DNA of 11,389 nucleotides, from IMG/VR virus record IMGVR_UViG_3300029167_000082. One strand, 5' to 3'. Under the pieces are notes generated by a model that saw only the letters and a program-made list of their open reading frames with translations, was not told the DNA's origin and did not search any database. Below are positions 6,700 through 11,389 of this stretch, piece by piece (position 1 is the first letter of the stretch; every line of letters starts with the position of its first letter). The DNA comes from a virus (Duplodnaviria > Heunggongvirae > Uroviricota > Caudoviricetes). A program made the position numbers and the translations under genes.

Positions 6700-7525
6700 G
6701 GCTTACCCTCATACGCTTCGCCAGCCAGCGCTGAGACAGTCGTATTAATTCAGCTTTGCGCTGGTCGTAGTCCTGCCCCAGCTCAATTAGCGTGATATTG
6801 GTGCTTTCCAGATAGGAGAGGTGTTCAAGCTGTGCTGCGTTCATGCTGTCCCGTGGTTCGCCAGTAATGCCATTTGCCTGCGCCCACTGCTTTGCCGTCA
6901 TGCCACCCAGCACGATACGGGCGATCATGTTGCTCTCGTTGCTGTAGTGGCGCTGCTGCGTCGTTTTACCCAGCTCGGCACGGGCCATATTCAGCGCATC
7001 GCACATTGGCTTAAAGTTGTTTGCGGCACTGATACGGGCTTTTAGCTGGCGACGATAGCGGGCGGCGATTTCAGGCACGGTACGCTGTAATTCTTCCTCG
7101 CACTGGATGAAATAACGGCGGATAGCGCGACCCTGATCATTGCGTTCGATCATTGCCAGTTCTTTCGCCATTCCGACACTTAACAGATAGTCTTTGCCGG
7201 GTCTGCCAGAGTGCTTTATCTTGCTGTAAGCCGCGCCATTCGGGCTTTTCCCCAAATTTGGGGAAATTGTTTTATGGACTGAGTAATCGTGCCCAATGGT
7301 GAAGTCATATTCAGAGATGCGATCAGTGATCCATGTAGAGAAGTCTTTTCCCACGCCCAACGCTTTGTGTAACGCTTTTGCGCTAACAATATTGGTTTCA
7401 CGCCCACCGATATGACCAGGAATAACCGGGACAATTGCGGCAAATTCATTACCGTTAATTGTGCCCAGAGAGGCGTTCAGATGAGGGGCGGCCTCAGAAA
7501 TTAATCTGCTTTTTTCGATGTTCAT
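6692..7525 (-). CDS. Phage antirepressor-type protein (AntA / Bro-N-like N-terminus, KilAC-like C-terminus), 277 aa
   Basis: ORF-track ORF. N-terminal region (FAAIVPVIPGH...ETNIVSAKALHKALGVGKDFSTWITDRI) resembles antirepressor N-domains, and the C-terminal helical region resembles KilAC. GGAGAC RBS upstream. Confidence 0.65.
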   Translation of the reverse strand: MNIEKSRLISEAAPHLNASLGTINGNEFAAIVPVIPGHIGGRETNIVSAKALHKALGVGKDFSTWITDRISEYDFTIGHDYSVHKTISPNLGKSPNGAAYSKIKHSGRPGKDYLLSVGMAKELAMIERNDQGRAIRRYFIQCEEELQRTVPEIAARYRRQLKARISAANNFKPMCDALNMARAELGKTTQQRHYSNESNMIARIVLGGMTAKQWAQANGITGEPRDSMNAAQLEHLSYLESTNITLIELGQDYDQRKAELIRLSQRWLAKRMRVSHA

Positions 7526-7537
7526 TTTCAGTCTCCG

Positions 7538-7969
7538 TTAGGCGGCGTTAAACGCGTTCGGGTAGAGTTTCAGAATGTCGGCAATTTCCTGCTGAGAAAG
7601 TCCGTTGTGATCATTTATGTTCGCAAGATGGTTAACATGAGTGATCACTTTCAGAACATCACCACGGCAGGAGAAACGGTAGCGAAGGTGTGTTCCGATA
7701 CCATCAGGATTCTTTTCGTCGATACGCTCCAGAGTGATTCCAAGCTGGCGTTCTAACTCTGTTGCATAGTTACGACCAGAAGACAGACGGCAGTAGCGAA
7801 GAATGTCATTTTCTGTCCATCCCTCTATACCAGTACGCAGCATATAGACTCTGGCACGATGCTTTTTCGGTGTGCGCTTTGGTGCTTGAAGGGATTTTGT
7901 CAGGGGCGTAACATCAGATACGCGAATATCTGAATTAGCCGCCTGTAATGGGCGGTTTTTCTTTTCCAT
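7538..7969 (-). CDS. Hypothetical protein, 143 aa, translationally coupled to alpA
   Basis: ORF-track ORF. Start ATG 7967..7969 overlaps the alpA stop (ATGA). Basic N-terminus (KRTPKKHRAR); no motif recognised. Confidence 0.55.
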   Translation of the reverse strand: MEKKNRPLQAANSDIRVSDVTPLTKSLQAPKRTPKKHRARVYMLRTGIEGWTENDILRYCRLSSGRNYATELERQLGITLERIDEKNPDGIGTHLRYRFSCRGDVLKVITHVNHLANINDHNGLSQQEIADILKLYPNAFNAA

Positions 7970-8172
7970 CAGGCCACCTTCCCGCGGCGTTCTGCCAGCC
8001 AGTTGTGAATCTCAACCGCATCAAACGCAGTTATTTTTTCTCCCAGCTTTACCGGACGTGGTAGTGAACCGTTTCTTACTTTACGGTCGATGGTGGATAC
8101 ACTAACGCCCAGCAATTCAGCCAGGCGGAAGCGTCTGATATAGCCTTTTGTAGGAATAGTGTCGGTGTTCAT
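7969..8172 (-). CDS. alpA: AlpA-family phage transcriptional regulator / excisionase-like HTH protein, 67 aa
   Basis: Size and pattern match the AlpA family (RLAELLGVSVSTIDRKVRNGSLPRPVKLGEKITAFDAVEIHNWLAER). First gene of the operon after the orphan-gene terminator. Confidence 0.8.
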   Translation of the reverse strand: MNTDTIPTKGYIRRFRLAELLGVSVSTIDRKVRNGSLPRPVKLGEKITAFDAVEIHNWLAERRGKVA

Positions 8173-8175
8173 GCT

Positions 8176-8216
8176 TCCCGTAACCTCTTAGCGATAGTTG
8201 TTGCTTCGTTACGGGA
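8176..8216. promoter_or_regulatory. 9-bp inverted repeat TCCCGTAAC / GTTACGGGA straddling the alpA translation-initiation region
   Basis: TCCCGTAAC at 8176..8184 and GTTACGGGA at 8208..8216 are perfect reverse complements, 23 nt apart, 4 nt upstream of the alpA ATG (8170..8172). Could be an operator or an mRNA hairpin over the SD. Confidence 0.4.
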
Positions 8217-8240
8217 GGAAGTATCTGTACATATATGAAC

Positions 8241-8270
8241 AATAAAAAGGCACAGTAATGATACTGTGCC
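8241..8270 (-). terminator. Rho-independent terminator downstream of the 321-aa orphan gene
   Basis: Minus-strand RNA reads GGCACAGUA-UCAU-UACUGUGCC followed by UUUUUAUU. Perfect 9-bp stem 8249..8257 / 8262..8270, starting 16 nt after the TAG stop at 8287..8289. Confidence 0.65.
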
Positions 8271-8286
8271 TGAATAGTTAGCTACT

Positions 8287-9252
8287 CTACCCCTTACCGT
8301 TGGCGGCAGCACGTAAGTGTCTCAAAATCACATCTTCATTTGTGATTGCTAACGGTGGAATTTCGTCTTTATGAGCCACTATGCAATCCCGCCACTTCTC
8401 AGGGCTTATTTCTTTCTTTTTGCCACGGCATTCATCAGGATACTTTGACAAAAGATATATTGCAGATTTGAAAAGTTTTTCCCTGTTTTCAGCATGTCTC
8501 TCGGCATTATGGTTGCTATTTTTTATTTCAGGTATTAGTTCCTGTTCTACCGCCATTTCGTATCGTTTTTTGCTCTTAGCTGCGTCAAAACTTCCATTAA
8601 CCTTTGCGTCATGAAGGTATTCTAAATCAGCCTTTGTTATATAAATGTTTTTATCTGACAGGCTACTCAGGTGAATTTGGGAACTTTGCATTTTGAATTT
8701 ATATAGATCACAATCAAATGTTGCTTCAAGTCGCACATATGGTTCTCCACATTCTTGTGAATGATAATGTCGTGTTGTTCTACCGCGTACACGCAACAAT
8801 CCACATGCAATTGATTTTCTTACAATAAAAGAGTTTTTGCCAATTTGTTCAAAAACATTTTTATTGTCGCTGTCTTCAACTGTCAGTGGTTTATGTGCAT
8901 AAAATAGCTCATAAGCACCGCTTTCAGATGCTGGGATATAAACTTCGTTGCTTGCGCTGGTAATAAGAAAAGGAAATGTAAACCTTACTTCTTCTGGGTA
9001 CATAAGTAATAAATCAGTTATAAAATTAGCATCTTTTTTGAAGTGGATGGTGGCATCAGATTCAATGAAATCAAGAAAGTCAGCATAGACATAAAAGTCT
9101 ATATGTAGTCTATCTTTCCAATGCCATATATCATCAATTTCACAATTTAATAATTTTGATGCTCGCTCTATCGTGCAGTAGTCCAAAGGTGGAATACCTG
9201 ATTCCTGCCATAAATTTCTATGCACCACTGTTGTTTCATGAGAGTCGTTCAT
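8287..9252 (-). CDS. Hypothetical protein, 321 aa; AT-rich orphan gene in the integrase-adjacent slot
   Basis: ORF-track ORF. AAAGGTGA RBS 6 nt upstream. Hand-counted 60-nt samples give about 32-38% GC against about 53% in a primase sample. Own terminator downstream. No catalytic motif recognised by eye. Confidence 0.75.
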   Translation of the reverse strand: MNDSHETTVVHRNLWQESGIPPLDYCTIERASKLLNCEIDDIWHWKDRLHIDFYVYADFLDFIESDATIHFKKDANFITDLLLMYPEEVRFTFPFLITSASNEVYIPASESGAYELFYAHKPLTVEDSDNKNVFEQIGKNSFIVRKSIACGLLRVRGRTTRHYHSQECGEPYVRLEATFDCDLYKFKMQSSQIHLSSLSDKNIYITKADLEYLHDAKVNGSFDAAKSKKRYEMAVEQELIPEIKNSNHNAERHAENREKLFKSAIYLLSKYPDECRGKKKEISPEKWRDCIVAHKDEIPPLAITNEDVILRHLRAAANGKG

Positions 9253-9347
9253 TGCGTCACCTTTTACGCTGCGCCTTATTTTGTGATTGAGCCAGGCGGT
9301 AAGGCTTCCCGCTTTTCGCCCCGTCGAGCTAGGCTCAATCTATTCAG

Positions 9348-10607
9348 TTAGTTCGCCCTTCTGAGAGGCGTTACGTTGTAGTCTTTTCCGCTTTCCAGTG
9401 CCACCAGCAGATCAGCCCACTGTGCCAGTGCTGCTTTACGCTCATCAAAATACTGATGGCGGTTATAAATCCCCTCTACGCCCTTAATGCGATGATTGAG
9501 GCATCGTTCCGCCACGACAGGATCAACACCCAACGCTGCTAAATGAGTACGTGCGGTGCGTCGGAAGTCGTGAATCGTGAAATTAGGCACATCCGGCATT
9601 TCGGCGCGAACCTTAGCCAGTGCTACGGGCAAAGTGCTTTCCTGAATATGTGGGATCATTCTGTTTTGCATCTTCCTGGCTGGAAGCACCCATGCGCTAT
9701 TACATGAAAAGGTGTGTAGCTCTCTCAACCATTCAACGGCTGGGGAAGGTAGAGGTATATCAATAGGGTCTCCGTTTTTGCTGCGTTCTTCCGGCAAATG
9801 CCATACCGCACCATCTAAATCAAACTCTTCCCATCGTGCGGCGCATAACTCCATCTTACGAACGCATAGTGCCAGCAATAGCTTAAATGTCAGTTCGTTC
9901 TGGCGGCTGAATCCTTTTGCGGTGCGCATAGCCTCGAATAGCCTGATAAGCTCATCGCGAGTTAGCCAACGGTCGCGGGAAACCTCTTTACCACCAGCAT
10001 CAGATACTTCAAACGCTGAACAAGGGTTTATCTCCAGAGCGTGGCGTTTTATCCCGTAGTCAAAGATACGGCGTGTCCAGCGTAATACATCTGTTGCTAT
10101 CGTTGGTGCTCCTCGGTCAACGATACCTTTCAACATGTCGTCAATGTGGCGTGGCTTAACGTCCTCTACCTTCATATGCCCAATGCAGGGGTTAATATCC
10201 TTATCAATTCTCCGGCGAAGGATATCGGGATGTTTCCATCTCGGAAGTATCTGGCGCTCGAAGTATTCGGAGGCCAGATCTGAAACACGCATGGCGTTTT
10301 TCTCAGCCTCCATTTTTGCCAGTGCTTCAGCTTTTCGTTCCTGTTTCTCTGCTGCTACGTCATAGCCAAGAGCAACTCTGGCTGACAGCTCTTTTGCTGT
10401 TTCTCTGGCTTTTGATAGTGACAGTTCGGAGTAAGAGCCTATAACCATAGCCCGCTGCTTTCCTGCGAGCTTATAGCGGAATCGCCAGAACGGGGCTGTG
10501 TAGTTTTTGGGGTAGCAAATATAAAGGCCGTTGCCGTCTGCCTTGCCATCAAATCTGTCTCCCGCCTTTATCCATGCGCGGATCTGCATATCTGTGAGTT
10601 TTGGCAT
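9348..10607 (-). CDS. int: P4-family tyrosine recombinase / integrase, 419 aa
   Basis: ORF-track frame 9348..10691. N-terminus MPKLTD..I.AWIK....DGK.DGNGLYI...WRFRYK matches the P4-type arm-binding domain. C-terminal catalytic region has HDFRRTARTHLAALG and GIYNRHQY (candidate catalytic Tyr). Start chosen at ATG 10605..10607 by homology pattern; the upstream ATG at 10691 lacks an RBS. Confidence 0.9.
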   Translation of the reverse strand: MPKLTDMQIRAWIKAGDRFDGKADGNGLYICYPKNYTAPFWRFRYKLAGKQRAMVIGSYSELSLSKARETAKELSARVALGYDVAAEKQERKAEALAKMEAEKNAMRVSDLASEYFERQILPRWKHPDILRRRIDKDINPCIGHMKVEDVKPRHIDDMLKGIVDRGAPTIATDVLRWTRRIFDYGIKRHALEINPCSAFEVSDAGGKEVSRDRWLTRDELIRLFEAMRTAKGFSRQNELTFKLLLALCVRKMELCAARWEEFDLDGAVWHLPEERSKNGDPIDIPLPSPAVEWLRELHTFSCNSAWVLPARKMQNRMIPHIQESTLPVALAKVRAEMPDVPNFTIHDFRRTARTHLAALGVDPVVAERCLNHRIKGVEGIYNRHQYFDERKAALAQWADLLVALESGKDYNVTPLRRAN

Positions 10608-10635
10608 TGCGAATACCTGAATATCGAATATGGGT

Positions 10636-10688
10636 GTGTACATAAAGCAATGTACATGAAAGTCATTATGTACACCTCTATGTACACG
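10636..10688 (+). repeat. Four direct repeats of (A)TGTACA(T/C) upstream of int; candidate integrase arm-type or regulator binding sites
   Basis: TGTACAT at 10637 and 10651, TGTACAC at 10669 and 10681, all within about 50 bp between the int start and the yicC terminator. One more TGTACAT at 8226..8232 upstream of alpA. Confidence 0.45.
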
Positions 10689-10732
10689 CATATTGTGCGC
10701 TTTATTGCGTCGTTATGATAGCTCATGATAAC

Positions 10733-10769
10733 AAAAAAGCCCGACATTTCGCGGGCTTTGTGGTTTTTT
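10733..10769. terminator. Intrinsic terminator of yicC (bidirectional-looking hairpin)
   Basis: AGCCCG (10738..10743) / CGGGCT (10752..10757) stem with 8-nt loop, flanked by AAAAAA (10733..10738) on one side and TTTGTGGTTTTTT on the other; about 40 nt downstream of the yicC stop. Confidence 0.6.
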
Positions 10770-10795
10770 GCTGCTTGGTGATTTTTACTGATAGC

Positions 10796-11389
10796 TTATT
10801 CGATATTCTGAATCTGCTCGCGCATCTGCTCAATCAACACTTTCAGCTCAATCGCGGAGTTTGTCACTTCGGCATTGATAGACTTCGACGCAAGAGTGTT
10901 CGACTCGCGGTTGAACTCCTGCATCATAAAGTCCAGACGACGACCAACGGCTTCTTTTTTCTTCAGAATGTTGTACGTCTCTTTAACATGCGCTTCGAGG
11001 CGGTCCAGTTCTTCGGCAACGTCAATTCGTTGTGCCAGCAGAACCAACTCCTGCTCCAGACGGTTGTTTTCCAACTGAACCTGAGCATCTTCCAGCTTCG
11101 CGACCAAGCGTTCACGCTGCCATTGCAGGATTTCCGGCATATGGGAGCGGACTTTGACCACTTCGGCGGTGACGCCTTCCAGACGCTGCTCGATCAATGC
11201 TTTCAGTGCCTGACCTTCGGTTTCGCGCGCGACAATAAAGTCGTCCAGCGTACCATCCAGCGCCGCGAGAATTTCAGCGGCAATGGCGTCAAGATCCTGC
11301 TCCTGGGCTGCCATCACGCCCGGCCAGCGTAGAATATCAACCGGGTTGATTTCCCCTTCGTCCCTCTGCATTTTTACCCAGTTCGCGGC
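10796..11389 (-). CDS. yicC: C-terminal part of YicC-family protein (chromosomal gene, 5' end beyond the window)
   Basis: Minus-strand frame stays open to the window edge and ends ...IEQMREQIQNIE at the stop 10796..10798. Recognised from memory as the YicC C-terminus. The Met at 11371 in the ORF track is internal. Confidence 0.75.
   Translation of the reverse strand, partial: AANWVKMQRDEGEINPVDILRWPGVMAAQEQDLDAIAAEILAALDGTLDDFIVARETEGQALKALIEQRLEGVTAEVVKVRSHMPEILQWQRERLVAKLEDAQVQLENNRLEQELVLLAQRIDVAEELDRLEAHVKETYNILKKKEAVGRRLDFMMQEFNRESNTLASKSINAEVTNSAIELKVLIEQMREQIQNIE

Noticed and set aside
3128-7449. Nested minus-strand ORFs 3128..3337, 3659..3889, 4215..4454 and 7216..7449
   Set aside because: They sit in alternative frames inside the primase, the 113-aa gene and the antirepressor respectively; no independent support.
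10608-10691. Longer integrase N-terminus starting at 10691 (MRVHRGVHNDF...)
   Set aside because: The extra 28 residues have no counterpart in the P4-family integrase N-terminal pattern and there is no SD; the MPKLTD start fits the family.
10608-10795. tRNA or tmRNA gene next to the integrase
   Set aside because: No cloverleaf-compatible sequence or CCA-proximal acceptor-stem pattern was visible; the region is accounted for by the TGTACA repeats and the yicC terminator. Not verified with tRNAscan.
565-11332. All plus-strand ORFs in the track (565..789, 623..955, 852..1124, 2098..2391, 2577..2936, 3060..3266, 3672..3941, 4144..4554, 4769..4972, 5158..5448, 5806..6057, 6821..7045, 8381..8614, 9712..10059, 10135..10365, 10715..11332, 10875..11078)
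   Set aside because: Each lies antisense to a longer minus-strand gene with recognisable motifs, an RBS or operon coupling. None has a convincing RBS or motif, and their sequences look like antisense translations. Treated as spurious.

Overview
Nearly the whole window is one integrated mobile element with every gene on the minus strand, abutting the 3' end and terminator of chromosomal yicC at the right edge. It looks like a P4-satellite / PICI-like island. Read right to left it carries: a P4-family tyrosine integrase; an AT-rich 321-aa orphan gene with its own terminator; an alpA-led operon (alpA, a 143-aa unknown, an AntA/KilAC-type antirepressor, a 60-aa protein); a ~630-bp non-coding control region with an intrinsic terminator, a candidate ~75-nt small RNA and repeated motifs; a translationally coupled chain of small genes (Icd-like 62 aa, then 65, 59, 73, 208 and 113 aa) running into a P4 alpha-type primase-helicase; an iteron array that is probably the origin; then a 100-aa unknown, an SSB and an FtsH-like HEAGH metallopeptidase-domain protein. 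No rRNA, tRNA or CRISPR array was seen. The two most interesting places are the compositionally foreign orphan gene next to int (candidate single-gene cargo or defence function) and the RNA-structured control region upstream of the Icd-like gene. All calls rest on reading the sequence and translations by eye; no database search or folding was run.
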